Positions 26,100 to 39,640 of a stretch of DNA of 47,218 bases are shown here, one piece after another. Position numbers and translations under genes: made by a program. A model generated the notes under the pieces. It did not search any database, was not told the origin of the DNA, and saw only the letters and a list, made by a program, of their open reading frames with translations. The DNA comes from Octopus bimaculoides (Eukaryota). How positions within the stretch are numbered: the stretch's first letter is position 1; every line of letters begins with the position of its first letter. The stretch lies in assembly GCF_001194135.2 (NCBI RefSeq), contig NC_068989.1, forward strand, positions 62,480,153 through 62,527,370, read 5' to 3'.

Positions 26100-26400
26100 G
26101 TTGCGGGAAGGACTGCTCCAACGAAGTCGCGTATTGTCCTTGCCTTCGTAACGCGGAGAAGTTGGAGCAGAGACAATTGAAGAAGGGTAATATTCTTTAT
26201 GTTGCATGTCTCGTTTCTCTGTTTTCTTTTTTTTTTCGTTGTTCGAAAAAAAGTTCGTTTTTTGTCTTCGCCTTTATGTTTTCGTTTCTCATTGTGTTTA
26301 ACGTTTTTGTGACGTCTTGTACCCATATATGCTTCTATGTATACATGTAGATGTCGGTATGTACATATATGTATGGATATATGTATATAAATATATAATA
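26100..26400. repeat. Unclassified repeat with a GC-rich hairpin (possibly a Penelope-like terminal repeat)
   Basis: CTGCTCCAAC (26113-22) and GTTGGAGCAG (26161-70) form a perfect inverted repeat, followed by a T-rich tract. The PLE assignment is inference only. Confidence 0.35.
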
Positions 26401-26449
26401 TTTATGTTAAAATATATTACGATATGGTATATATATTTATAGTTGTTTA

Positions 26450-26486
<37 letters not shown>

Positions 26487-27667
26487 GGTATTTGTATATA
26501 TATATGTATTGATATATATACACGTTATGTCTATAACTTCTTATTACTTTACAGCCTTTAAGATTTCTTTCATAACGCTGGTTACTTTTTACATAATTAT
26601 ATCTCCCAATGATTTTTGAATAAGTTTATCTGTCATAGAAATTATGATCTCACTTTTTGCCTTTAATCTCTGGTTTTCGGTCGATAGAATATGTGTATCT
26701 CTTTCTCGGATGAAATCTAAATTTAATTATGGGTTCATTGTTAATTAGTTTGCTAGAACGAAACATTATGAGGCTTCTATTTTATATAAAAGAACTCTAC
26801 ACTTTTTAGAGTTTAAATTGGTTTATATATCCTTCTTCACTTACTGAGTACATATATCAATTTCTAAATTTTAAATTTTATCATTTACTATACAAAATAT
26901 AATAATACATAAGTTTTGCTAAATTTTGAATATACATTTGCCCCCTTTTACTCTTACTACCCATTTAGATATCATTGTGACCTCTTTTGTTTTATATTTT
27001 AGGCCATCTTTATCCCTCCCGTTTCTGTGCATATAACATTACCTTAGTGACTTCTTCTGAGAAATGTTCCTTTATGTAGTCATAGCGAATTTATAGCCAC
27101 AGTAAATTTGGGGTAGGTAAATAGACCTGACATTAATTAATTTATCATCAGCAGCTCGAACTTAACTGTCAATTCCCAGTGCTTTTAGTTCTTAGTGGAC
27201 GAGGAATACTAGCTGCATTAGATCTTTGATGGTGATAAGGAGAAAAATAAATGTAGCTACATCACTATTTTATGACTCCCATTGTTATTCCCTTCTGCCG
27301 CTCCAAATTATAGTCGGGGTATATTCTTCCTGAATTCATTCTGCTACAGTAATAGCAACAGGCATGTAATTTTTTTATTCTCTAGCCCTAATGAAATATT
27401 TGCTAATAAATTATAATGGAATATCCTGTATGTTGAAAACCTATATTGTCTTATGCGTCCTAGGAAGGTGGTATATGTCAAATTGATGTAATGTTCGCAT
27501 TGATCGATTAAATAGAGCCCCCTGAAACGGCCGTAATGCACAAATACCTTGACGTCCTTCTTATTTATTTCCTTTTTATTTCAACTTACATCGAGATGTG
27601 CGGATAATGCTGGACTGACTTGGTGCCTCAACTTAAGTACCTAATTCAATTGAAACTGAATTAATTA

Positions 27668-27711
<44 letters not shown>

Positions 27712-28299
27712 CATAAATATACACATACATATATGCATATATATANNNNNNNNNNNNNNNNNNNNNNNNNNNNNNNNNNNNNNNTATATATATATATATA
27801 TATATGTATTTATGTATATATATTTGTTGGACTTCTACCAAACCTAACCCACACTGCTTTTTAGCATTAGGATTATTATCATTTGCACAATGTGGAAAAT
27901 ATTTCACCAAACAGTTATAAGATCATAAGCTTCTCATAAATAAAATACGTTAAGGGTGTTTTTTTCTTCCATTTGATATAAGTAAGCCATAGAAGAGGCA
28001 AAACCTTTATGTTTTGCCATGGCCTTTTATGTAACTGGCATCATCCAACAGAGTAATGCAACACCACCGTGTTATTTTTCTTACCAAATCATCGCAAATA
28101 GCTGATGGGTGGTTGAAGGTTTAATAACCTACCATTCAATTTCTGCTAGAAACTTTTTATTTAGTTCATTAAAAATGCTTCTTAATTGTAATATAGACAT
28201 TGAATAACAAAAGATATATATCAGATGTGGGTTGTATATCTGGAGGAGGGGGCACAGAGATACGATATCACCTTCCCACATTATTGGTGACGTACGTTA

Positions 28300-28390
28300 T
28301 GCAACATTTCAGGTCTTGCGCAGTGGGTTGAAACCAAGGACATCTGGTGAGAAGCATCTTCCTTATCCACATAGCTACACCTGCACCTAT
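28300..28390 (-). mobile_element. Decayed SINE head
   Basis: The reverse complement ggtgcaggtgtagctatgtggataaggaagatgcttctc...ggtttcaacccactgcg resembles the heads at 12645 and 44920. Confidence 0.5.
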
Positions 28391-28438
28391 TCATACACGG
28401 ATATACGCAAGAACTCAAATATATTCCCCTATGTGTGC

Positions 28439-28506
<68 letters not shown>

Positions 28507-29254
28507 NNNNNNNNNNNNNNNNNNNNNNNNNNNNNNNNNNNNNNNNNNNNNNNNNNNNNNNNNNNNNNNNNNNNNNNNNNNNNNNNNNNNNNNNNNNNNN
28601 NNNNNNNNNNNNNNNNNNNNNNNNNNNNNNNNNNNNNNNNNNNNNNNNNNNNNNNNNNNNNNNNNNNNNNNNNNNNNNNNNNNNNNNNNNNNNNNNNNNN
28701 NNNNNNNNNNNNNNNNNNNNNNNNNNNNNNNNNNNNNNNNNNNNNNNNNNNNNNNNNNNNNNNNNNNNNNNNNNNNNNNNNNNNNNNNNNNNNNNNNNNN
28801 NNNNNNNNNNNNNNNNNNNNNNNNNNNNNNNNNNNNNNNNNNNNNNNNNNNNNNNNNNNNNNNNNNNNNNNNNNNNNNNNNNNNNNNNNNNNNNNNNNNN
28901 NNNNNNNNNNNNNNNNNNNNNNNNNNNNNNNNNNNNNNNNNNNNNNNNNNNNNNNNNNNNNNNNNNNNNNNNNNNNNNNNNNNNNNNNNNNNNNNNNNNN
29001 NNNNNNNNNNNNNNNNNNNNNNNNNNNNNNNNNNNNNNNNNNNNNNNNNNNNNNNNNNNNNNNNNNNNNNNNNNNNNNNNNNNNNNNNNNNNNNNNNNNN
29101 NNNNNNNNNNNNNNNNNNNNNNNNNNNNNNNNNNNNNNNNNNNNNNNNNNNNNNNNNNNNNNNNNNNNNNNNNNNNNNNNNNNNNNNNNNNNNNNNNNNN
29201 NNNNNNNNNNNNNNNNNNNNNNNNNNNNNNNNNNNNNNNNNNNNNNNNNNNNNN

Positions 29255-29287
<33 letters not shown>

Positions 29288-30248
29288 CATATGTGTGTGT
29301 AAGCATTTTATATTCATAGGTGCGTGTGTGTTCATAAATGTATGTGTGTTTCTCTTTTTGTGTGTCAAAATATTCAGATCAATCAGAATCAGTGAATATG
29401 TTTTGTAAACTATGGGAAAAATACACAGACACCTCAGTCAATGACTTAAAAGACATTAGAAAACCTAGGACACGATATTAACAAATTTAGAATTCCTTCG
29501 TGATGATTTATTTGATATAGGTTTGCCTTTGTTGAAAAGTATATATAGATCTATTCATTTATTTATTTTACTATTTACACGTTCCAGTCACCAGGTTGCG
29601 AAAATTTCGACAGTGCGTTCAAATGCTATATTAAGCTTTACCGAGGCCAACTCACTACCATGTACTTATGCAATCTACCATATGATCACCAAATGAAGTG
29701 CTACCCTACAATGAAAGGGGCAGCATTCACGGTTTGCAGTATCATATGATCTTTTACGCCACGTGCCGATTTTTCTTAGTGTTATAAGATCATTGACACA
29801 ATTAGGAAGGTCTAAAATTTCCAAATGTTTCACTTTAATGATAATTGGAATGAATGCAAGCTGGTTATATGACATATACATTTTCTAGCTATATGTGGAG
29901 GATTTTCTGTTGTTGCGAAAATAAATGATCAAGAATCCATGCACTTCAACCCACGCACGTGCGCACAAACACACACACACGCACACACGCACAAACATAC
30001 GCATACACACATATATAACGTGTATGCGTGTCAGGAAGCCCGCGGAATCCGTTGTGAAAAAACTGTCTAACGAATAATAGTGATGTGATAATTTCTCAGC
30101 TTTAATAAACGCACATTACCGTTGGTATTTGAGTACTATCTTTCCACCTTGTTTTGCACCTATGTGCTCACCTGTGTGTAAGTGTGTGTATGTGTGTGTG
30201 TGTGTGATGATTGGTGGGTGGTTGTGTGTGTGTCTGCGTATGTATGTG

Positions 30249-30249
<1 letters not shown>

Positions 30250-30324
<75 letters not shown>

Positions 30325-30436
30325 CTTCCTGTCTATCTATCTAATTTTTATCTCTGTAAGAGAGAGAGAGACAGAGAGAGAGAGACAGAGAGAGAGACAG
30401 AGAGAGAGAGATAGAGAGAGATAGAGATAGAGATCG
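30250..30436. repeat. (AT)n and (GA)n/(GACA)n microsatellites
   Basis: Directly visible. Confidence 0.93.
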
Positions 30437-30893
30437 GGAGTGGGAGAGAAAGAGAGACCCAGGGTAATGTCTTCCTATTCAAAGCTTAATTAAACTATAT
30501 CAGGTGTGCTTTTTCCGTCCATGGACACGTAAATGGGTTTCGAGTCACGGGTGCTGCTTGAAATTTACATTACAAATAATAGTTGCACATCAAGTTTTGT
30601 CTGATCTATGAATACTTAAATCCTTCAAATATACACCATCTTGTTAAAAATATATACTATCTGGTCAAAATGCACGTAATACGGGCGTGTTAATTTGATT
30701 GAATTTTGTGCATTTAGAGCTTGTATACAAAGATGTGCTCGGAAGTGTGAATTTCGGCCAGGCTTAGTGACTAAAATATGATTCTCTCTGTTGAACTACT
30801 TATTTTCTCGCAGTTCTCTTTTCATCTTTGTATATTTTCAATTGTTATTATTTCGCTATCCTAAGGCTGACAAAACGGATTATTTCATTAACC

Positions 30894-31090
30894 TAAAGGC
30901 GGCGACGAAATGCTTAACGCTATTTCGGCCGTCTCTACTTTCTGAGTTCAAATTCCGCCGAGGCTGGCTTTGCCTTTCATCCTTTGGAGATCGTTAAAAT
31001 AAGTACCAGTTGAATACTGCGGTCGTTGTAACTGACTCATCCCTTCCCACAAAATGCTGCCCTTGTGGCAAAATTTGTAACTATTATTTC
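30894..31090 (+). mobile_element. SINE-like repeat with an internally deleted head
   Basis: aaggcggcga...gaaatgcttaacgctatttcg...ttctgagttcaaattccgccgagg (B-box-like GAGTTCAAATTC), then tttgcctttcatcc...aagtaccagtt. Family recognised by pattern only. Confidence 0.6.
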
Positions 31091-31440
31091 ACTATTCTTT
31101 GTCTGACAGCAGATCAATTTTCCTGTTCATTTATACCAAATACATTCGATATCTTTCTTTAGATTCGACAACTTTCCATCCTCCTCACCTGACTAGAAAC
31201 AAACATAGCGTGAATTGATGAGAGACCTACTCACTCAGAAAACTCACTATCTGGTGCAAACAAGCTCCAGCTAATCATTAGAATTTGATGAAGACACTTT
31301 CGGTTAAAGAATTTAAAGGATTCTATGTCATGTTTGAAAAAACAGTCCATGTTTTTGCTGAATAAAGAAGGGTTAATAGTACAAATAGACAATGAACTAA
31401 AAACTTTGTGCTGACCTTAATGTATATACGTACATAAAGT

Positions 31441-31765
31441 TGAGGTGCCGCCTTAGTAGTTAAGTTATTCGGCTCACGATCGTATGGTCGTGAGTTTTAT
31501 ACCCGGCCGTTGGTTGTGTCCTTCAGCAAGGTACTTTATTTGGTAGTTCTCAAATCCACTCAGCTGGCAAAAATTAGTTGTACATGTATTTCTAAGAGCC
31601 AACGTTCTGGCATTCTGTGTCACGCTGAATCTCCCTGACAACTATGTCGAAGTTATGCGAGTCTGCGCTGTCCTCAGCCACTTTCACGTTCATAACCATA
31701 TGAATATATATTTCCGTTAATCGAATCAACTGGATACCAGTTTACAGACACACGTAACCGACGCC
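31441..31765 (+). mobile_element. tRNA-derived CORE-like SINE (decayed)
   Basis: Decayed A and B boxes, ttgtgtccttcagcaaggtactt and ccactcagctggcaaaaat; the last is identical to the 15412 copy. Confidence 0.75.
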
Positions 31766-31976
31766 TTACGAGTTTACAGACAAACAAATAGCGGAATTTC
31801 GTTATTTTCTATCGAATTTTGCATACATTGCTTTGCTCAATACCCTAAAATGTAACAGAATATTGTAATGTCTTTGGTGCTTAATGACGTCAGCATCAAT
31901 ATCACCTAGTTATGAATTAACTTCTTGACCACACCAGTATATACAATAGCTTATATTTATTGTTTTATTTTAAATT

Positions 31977-32015
<39 letters not shown>

Positions 32016-35000
32016 TTCATCTCTGAAGCTGTCACTTCTCTCTAAATCTCTTCCGAGGCGCCATTCTCTCGCGTTTATTCGCAGTCGGCAGTTGAATGAC
32101 GATTCAACTTCAAAAAGTTAAATACTTTCAAATGTAGTATTGTTTATTTTTTAATTTCATCCAAACGTGTGTACGCACAATATCATCCATACAATCTCAT
32201 CAATGACATATAATTATTATCTGTGCTATGTTTAAACATATATATTCCTATGGTTATTTTGTGGATTAATTTCCTATATCTTTGAAGTTATATTTACCAA
32301 CTCCGCCATGTTAAACTTAGTAGCACTCACATTTAAGACTGCTATTTTTGATTTGTTTTTTAGAAAAGAGAGGTGCATATCTTAGTCAACGAATTTAATT
32401 AAATACTCTATGATCCCTACACCAGTATATTTCCATATCCTGCCGTTAGTGTGTGCCGATATTCAAAGTATATTCCCTCAGAATGGGATTTTAGAAAGTG
32501 AAAAGAAAATATACTAGACAAGCGTTATTTGAAATCGAAATGTAGAAAGTCATAACTATACGTATCATTGTATTCTGACAGATACTCAACTCATTCGTCT
32601 ATAATTCGACGTAAGTTTCATATAATCAAGCAGTCTATATAAATTACGAAATATACTAAATGTGTTATTTTGAGTTAATTTGACAGGAGAATGTCTATTA
32701 CAACCAGGCTCATCTCAAAGGATAGGCTATCGGCAGACATAATCATTATCTTTTAACATAATTGGCCTAAATTAAGACATTGATAATAACAAGTACAATA
32801 GATATGTTGACCCCAAAAAGGTATTCTCATTGTAGAATGATATTAAAAATTTTAGAGGTTTTTACAGAAAAGCTAATGTGATAATTGTAAGTAATAGCCT
32901 TGAATGCAAAAACTGCTCGGGAAATTTGCCACGTAATAATCGAATTTCATACACTTTTATATTTACTTCAAATCGCATTGGAATCAAATTTGCATCTTCT
33001 CGGTAAAATAAACACCCTCTTATTCTGCCGTCCATTCAATCGACTTCCTGCCCAAAGAAAATGTGTGGTGTGTTATCAAATCAAACAGATATTTATTGTA
33101 ATTTATAACATTTTATAATTTATTTTGGTGCCAATGGAATTGCTGGAAATTTGATGAACTATTTTGACAGACACTGCCTGATTTCTTTTTTCAGAATATT
33201 TTCTTTTAACATATTTTCTTTTAACATATATCGGCAGATAATAATTCATGAAGGGTATCGGTAACATCATGTATAGAGACAATAACGTAACTGTTTATTT
33301 TAAATACGCTCTGGCAGATTAGAATGCGTTAATCTGATCGCTGTTGCTTTTTGCCATCGGAGAACATTCCCTTTAGAGGTTATGTTTTCATAACACACGC
33401 GATTCATTGATGTACAAGGACATTGAGACACTGCAATACATCGACCTAATTGTGTATCACTGTCAAACTATACCAGCGGATTGTGTACTCTAAGAAGTGT
33501 ACACTCTTTACGTAATGAGTGGAGATTTTATCCCATGATGAGAAATAAAACAACACTGATGAGATATTCAGTTGCGAATCTACTAGAAGGTATTCAGAAT
33601 AGGTATATACATTATTATTCGCCAGAGCTTTGTGAACCATAGGACTCTGCTCAGTCATACGCCATCTGTACACCTACTCGTGTACATTCACACACAATAT
33701 AGCTGAAGAAATGGCAAGTATACATGTATGATATGTATGCGCCCAGATCATAGATTAATTTTTTGTACATAAGAAGATACTAATTAGATCAAAGGGAATG
33801 TCAGTGCAACACAGTTCTACCGCTACAGAAATTAACAACTACTAATGTAAATATTCAATCTTCTTGGTGGATAGTATTTCAAAGATACGTAAATAATCAA
33901 CAATGGATACATCACAAGGCGTAATTAGGAGAGTTCCTGGTTAACATTAATGTTATCATTGTTGTTTTCTATTATCAAGGACACATTCATATATTCCCTA
34001 GATGCGAACATAGATCTAGTCATATTATCCAAGAAAATGAAATGCTAAATGTTGATGTTATATGCTTGAGAACTAAATGAAAAAGAACAAAAAACGACAA
34101 ATAATTACATCATTATGATGATCCGTTTCTGAGACTCTTCTTATCAGCTGTTTAGTCATATAATGCAATGATTAGTGGAGACGGTCCATCAATAATCATC
34201 ATATATTCAGCTACCGAAGCATTTGCTTTTTTTTTTTGCTTTTTGTGTATTCATTATTTTCCTTTTTTTCCTTTCAAAACATGGCTTTCCAGAATATAAG
34301 TATTTTTCTCCATTGCGTATCTTATATATTTCTAATTGTTGCAGTAGATCGGTAGGTAGAGAATATGAACAATCATTCTGAGGATGTATTATTTTTACAA
34401 ATTTATTACATCATTTCCTACTATTGTCTCTTCTAAATCTGTAATTTAAGATGGAATTTTTGTTTGTTTAGGGATTCCATTGTTAGCTGTGGTTTTTCAT
34501 CATCCTTTCTGTAGTATACTTCAGGATAAATTAATTATTTACATTTGATATATACTACATTTTTTTGACTCGTGAAATCTATAAATTCCATTGGTATTTA
34601 TGCTTTTCTAACATTTAGCTTCTGTTTTCTAGCATTTAGCTTAATTGGGAAGAGAATGTAACTATAGAGAAACGGATGCAATTTAATGCTAATTGTACGT
34701 ATTACGTTATGTTAACTTCAAACAGGAAAAAATTCCGTGGTTAATCATTTCGCTTTACACACGAATTTCTCCGAGTTCGAGTAAACTGCTAGACTAGCTT
34801 TCAACAATTCATTCAAATATTATTTCATTTTGTGGAAGCGTGGACACATACGCACACACATGTGTCTGGGTGTGTGTGTACATACATACAAACACATATA
34901 TGTATATCTGTGTGTGCACACATAAGTATGATATTCTTTCTGGCGTTAATCCTTGAAGGTAAGACCTTGAGGAAATTTAATTGGGTCATATCAAGCATAC

Positions 35001-35488
35001 GCGGTCTCTTATTCCATTGGTCAGACTTTGCGGATTTGCAAATCGACAAGATGTAAATGGAAATATCATAAACCTACTGCATACCCGTGAATATACATAC
35101 AGTCGCAATTATAGTAATTTAGCAATAGTCTATCATTCATGATACTGTATTTATAAACAGCAAATTTTATCTGTTTATAAATAATTTGCAGGGAAACGGA
35201 TAGAATGACTCCCAGTACAGATCTTTGAAGTTCTGAGTCACAGCTAATGATTTTTAACGTTCTGAATCATAGTAGGATTGCATTTTATCGTTTTAGTTTT
35301 TGGTTCGATAATATAGTATGGGTCTACCAACATTATGTATCTGAATAAACTCATAACTGACGGAAGATCTAAAGTCATCTGTCTATATATTAAAAAGCCT
35401 TATTACTCAAAGAGCCTAATTTAGATGCACGCAGACTGAGTATAATGTTTTGAATGGATTTTCTTATTTACATTTGACGGATATTTGA

Positions 35489-35559
35489 CCTCAACTTGTT
35501 TGTTTTTAACACAACGTTTCGGCTGATATACCCTCCAGCCTTCATCAGGTATCTTGAGG
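35489..35559 (-). ncRNA. Minimal type I hammerhead ribozyme-like motif
   Basis: Minus strand reads CCTCAA-GATAC-CTGATGA-A-GGCTG-gagggtatat-CAGCC-GAAA-CG-T-T-GTGTT-(13 nt)-TTGAGG. Canonical core, 5-bp stem II, palindromic ACGU stem III and GUU triplet. Confidence 0.72.
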
Positions 35560-35599
35560 AAATTTCGAAACTGAGTACTCATTCCAAAGGCATATTTTG

Positions 35600-35600
35600 C

Positions 35601-35666
<66 letters not shown>

Positions 35667-35671
35667 TACTA

Positions 35672-35722
<51 letters not shown>

Positions 35723-35746
35723 TTACTACTACTACTACTACTGCTG
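35600..35746. repeat. (TAT)n then (TAC)n compound microsatellite running into a gap
   Basis: Directly visible. Confidence 0.97.
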
Positions 35747-36184
35747 NNNNNNNNNNNNNNNNNNNNNNNNNNNNNNNNNNNNNNNNNNNNNNNNNNNNNN
35801 NNNNNNNNNNNNNNNNNNNNNNNNNNNNNNNNNNNNNNNNNNNNNNNNNNNNNNNNNNNNNNNNNNNNNNNNNNNNNNNNNNNNNNNNNNNNNNNNNNNN
35901 NNNNNNNNNNNNNNNNNNNNNNNNNNNNNNNNNNNNNNNNNNNNNNNNNNNNNNNNNNNNNNNNNNNNNNNNNNNNNNNNNNNNNNNNNNNNNNNNNNNN
36001 NNNNNNNNNNNNNNNNNNNNNNNNNNNNNNNNNNNNNNNNNNNNNNNNNNNNNNNNNNNNNNNNNNNNNNNNNNNNNNNNNNNNNNNNNNNNNNNNNNNN
36101 NNNNNNNNNNNNNNNNNNNNNNNNNNNNNNNNNNNNNNNNNNNNNNNNNNNNNNNNNNNNNNNNNNNNNNNNNNNNNNNNNNNN

Positions 36185-36640
36185 GGACTACAATAAATAT
36201 TCTGCTCACTATCACACATTTGCTATCTGTTGTTTGACCTTCACCAGTTGAGCATGTCCCTTGGTGGCTGACAATATGTGCATCTCTGGTCACAAGCAGA
36301 AGTAATGGGGGAGCATAATAACCATGTGATGACAGTAATTCTTTGAGGTTTGAATAGTTTACCTCTGGATACATAAGTGTTTCGTTTATCATCCTTAAAA
36401 CAAATCTTATTCAGGGACCGTTTGATCGGTATGAGATATTCAACCTGAAGAAAATTCTAACCGGGCCCAACCTGCAAGGTCATGCGCTATTTATTTTGAT
36501 ATAAGATCACCATGTCGGTTGTGATTCGAAGATCACATTCGGTTGTGATGCATGTGCCTCGTGTACCCATATCAGACGGATAGTTATGGTGGTTATATTG
36601 GACTTCGTATAATTGATGGCATACGCTACTCTCTCACTCG

Positions 36641-36642
<2 letters not shown>
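36185..36642. repeat. Unclassified interspersed repeat bounded by trinucleotide tracts (possibly a UTR of an RLE LINE)
   Basis: GC-richer block between the (TAC)n gap and (AAT)n at 36643-36688. Classification is inference. Confidence 0.35.
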
Positions 36643-36688
<46 letters not shown>

Positions 36689-36830
36689 GAATGCCCAGTA
36701 GAATTCATACAAAACAACTTTACCTCCTTAGTACGGCCAGAATTATTATGAAAGTACTAGATAATTGAGACAGAACAGATAGAATGGTACGATAGGCTCG
36801 AGGCAACAAACCGCTGCGCATGCAAGACTG
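36689..36830 (+). mobile_element. Extreme 3' end of an RLE LINE ORF
   Basis: QLYLLSTARIIMKVLDN* resembles the terminal LLGTARILRKVL* motif. It begins right after (AAT)n. Confidence 0.6.
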
Positions 36831-39449
36831 CAGGAGTTACAACTAAAACTGAGTTGAAAAGAACAATGATAATAAAGATAACGAAGGTGATGATGACGAT
36901 GAATGTAATGATAGCACGTCTACTAATCTAGAAAGATAGATTATCATAGTTTAACAATATTAAGAACTAATGATTTGCAATCCGCTAGATTAGTGATCTA
37001 TGGGAGAAAGTATTAAACAAACAGCGAAAAATCATTTGAAAACTTTGCATAGGTCTTAAAACATCAGAGATGTTTCTAATCTCCAAACAACAAGCTTTTT
37101 TAACGTAGATGTGGATGATTTTTAAACGCATACAGTAATATCACAGCACAAATAGTTCCAGCGAAAATGAAAGAGATGGATGGCTCAAAGAATGACAACA
37201 AAAAGGTTTATATAGATCTGGGTTGTCTTTCGTACTGTAAATAACGGCTACAATATTAAACCATGTAGGAACAAACCGAGATAATTGTGTCGTACAGGCT
37301 CCAACCAAATATTTGTGGAGAGAAGCATATACATACGCATATGTATGTATATGTTTGTATGTATGTATATATGTATACACACATATGTATATATATNNNN
37401 NNNNNNATATAGGTATATATATATATGTATGTATATATGTATGTATATATATGTATGTGTGTATGTATACACGTACATCCATGCATAGACACACATCATA
37501 AACCGTGAACGCGATTTGATGCGATGCAAAAACCAAGCCGAAGTACAAATATACGAGTCAATAACATAACATAAGGACGGAACTCCATTTTTAAACATAC
37601 TTACATAAACATACTATAATGTCTGTAGAGAATCGTATTGTAGAAAAACAGGGGAAACGAATAAAAACAATTACCATAATTCTCTGGTTTAAAGAAAACA
37701 TAGCATATAAATGAAGATTCGATGTTATAGAAAATATTCTAACATAAACAGAAAACACTCTGTACAGAATTCTATTGAGAGAAAAGGGAAAAAATACCAT
37801 ATTTCTACAGAATAATTGGTGGGTTGCTCAGAGAATATTTCCAATTAACTGAACAATACAAAGGACGTAATAACCCTAACAGATAACCAGAAATATCATT
37901 CAAATGAATTACAAGCAGCAACAATCCCTCGCATATTAACTGACTCGAAAGGAATTACATTGAAAGTACGAAGTATTGTAACGCATTTGTCTCCCGATTT
38001 TCAGTGTATTGAATATGTTCTAGTGTACTCGCCTACACGTGCTGTGTACTTTTTTGCTTATCATTCTATATGTACTCGAATGTGCATGTTTTTATATACG
38101 CATATATTAATAAGCATACTGTCGTCATTTATATGCGAATACTCACTAAACATAAACATCAATATATGTATACATAGATACACATATAATTGTATGTATA
38201 TATGTATCTATTTATCTAAGTACGGGTATGCGTGTGTGTGGTGTGTATAGGTATNNNNNNNNNNNNNNNNNNNNNNNNNNNNNNNNNNNNNNNNNNNNNN
38301 NNNNNNNNNNNNNNNNNNNNNNNNNNNNNNNNNNNNNNNNNNNNNNNNNNNNNNNNNNNNNNNNNNNNNNNNNNNNNNNNNNNNNNNNNNNNNNNNNNNN
38401 NNNNNNNNNNNNNNNNNNNNNNNNNNNNNNNNNNNNNNNNNNNNNNNNNNNNNNNNNNNNNNNNNNNNNNNNNNNNNNNNNNNNNNNNNNNNNNNNNNNN
38501 NNNNNNNNNNNNNNNNNNNNNNNNNNNNNNNNNNNNNNNNNNNNNNNNNNNNNNNNNNNNNNNNNNNNNNNNNNNNNNNNNNNNNNNNNNNNNNNNNNNN
38601 NNNNNNNNNNNNNNNNNNNNNNNNNNNNNNNNNNNNNNNNNNNNNNNNNNNNNNNNNNNNNNNNNNNNNNNNNNNNNNNNNNNNNNNNNNNNNNNNNNNN
38701 NNNNNNNNNNNNNNNNNNNNNNNNNNNNNNNNNNNNNNNNNNNNNNNNNNNNNNNNNNNNNNNNNNNNNNNNNNNNNNNNNNNNNNNNNNNNNNNATGTA
38801 TCTATTTATCTAAGTACGGGTATGCGTGTGTGTGGTGTGTATAGGTATCTACAACAGAAGGCCCCAGTAAAAAATCTTCCTCGTTTATTGTAGCGTTTAC
38901 TATTTAGACACTATTAACAAATTAATAAAAAAAAGATAATAGCCGTTCTTTGAAGCATGGACTTATCTTTTGCAGCTTATTGCTTGATTTCAAAGTGACC
39001 TCCTGAAATATTTTCAAGCATTTTGTACTCTTTATATGTGATATGTCATCTCAAATGTTATTGCGTTGATTTTCTCACGAATACTTTCTTTCAAATACGC
39101 CAAAATGATAAAAAAAATGTTTAATGTTTTTTTTTTCTTAAGCACGAGTTATAATCTTCAAATTTTGGAGGTTTTTGAAAGACACTATATTTTATAATCA
39201 GATTATATATATATTCTCACACAATAATTAAAATATGTTTATTTTAAATCACTTATTTATTTATTTTAAATCGTTCATCTTTCTCCCTCCCTCTCACACA
39301 CACATTACTTTGGGCGCGAAAGAGTTTTCTTTTTATTTGACGCCGAGGTAAATGTGTTTTGTTCAGAATCCATTTATTTAACAACAAAGAAACAAGGCGG
39401 TAGATAACAATTTTTCAGTGAATTATACAATATAAATATCACATTTTCT

Positions 39450-39491
<42 letters not shown>

Positions 39492-39640
39492 TTATTTAAA
39501 ATTATAATACAGGGTATCAAGAGATACCACCACGCTGAAAAAATAGCAGTCAAATCCTGACTCTAAAAACCACAATAAATGTCCGCATGGCACGAGTAGC
39601 GAAGTCGAAGACCAAATAAACCAGTAAAAATAATAAGATA

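Noticed and set aside
32687-32820. AG...GT-bounded segment starting ENVYYNQ
   Set aside because: Stops in all three frames.
38202-38848. About 53 bp repeated on both sides of the gap at 38255-38795
   Set aside because: Same artefact pattern.
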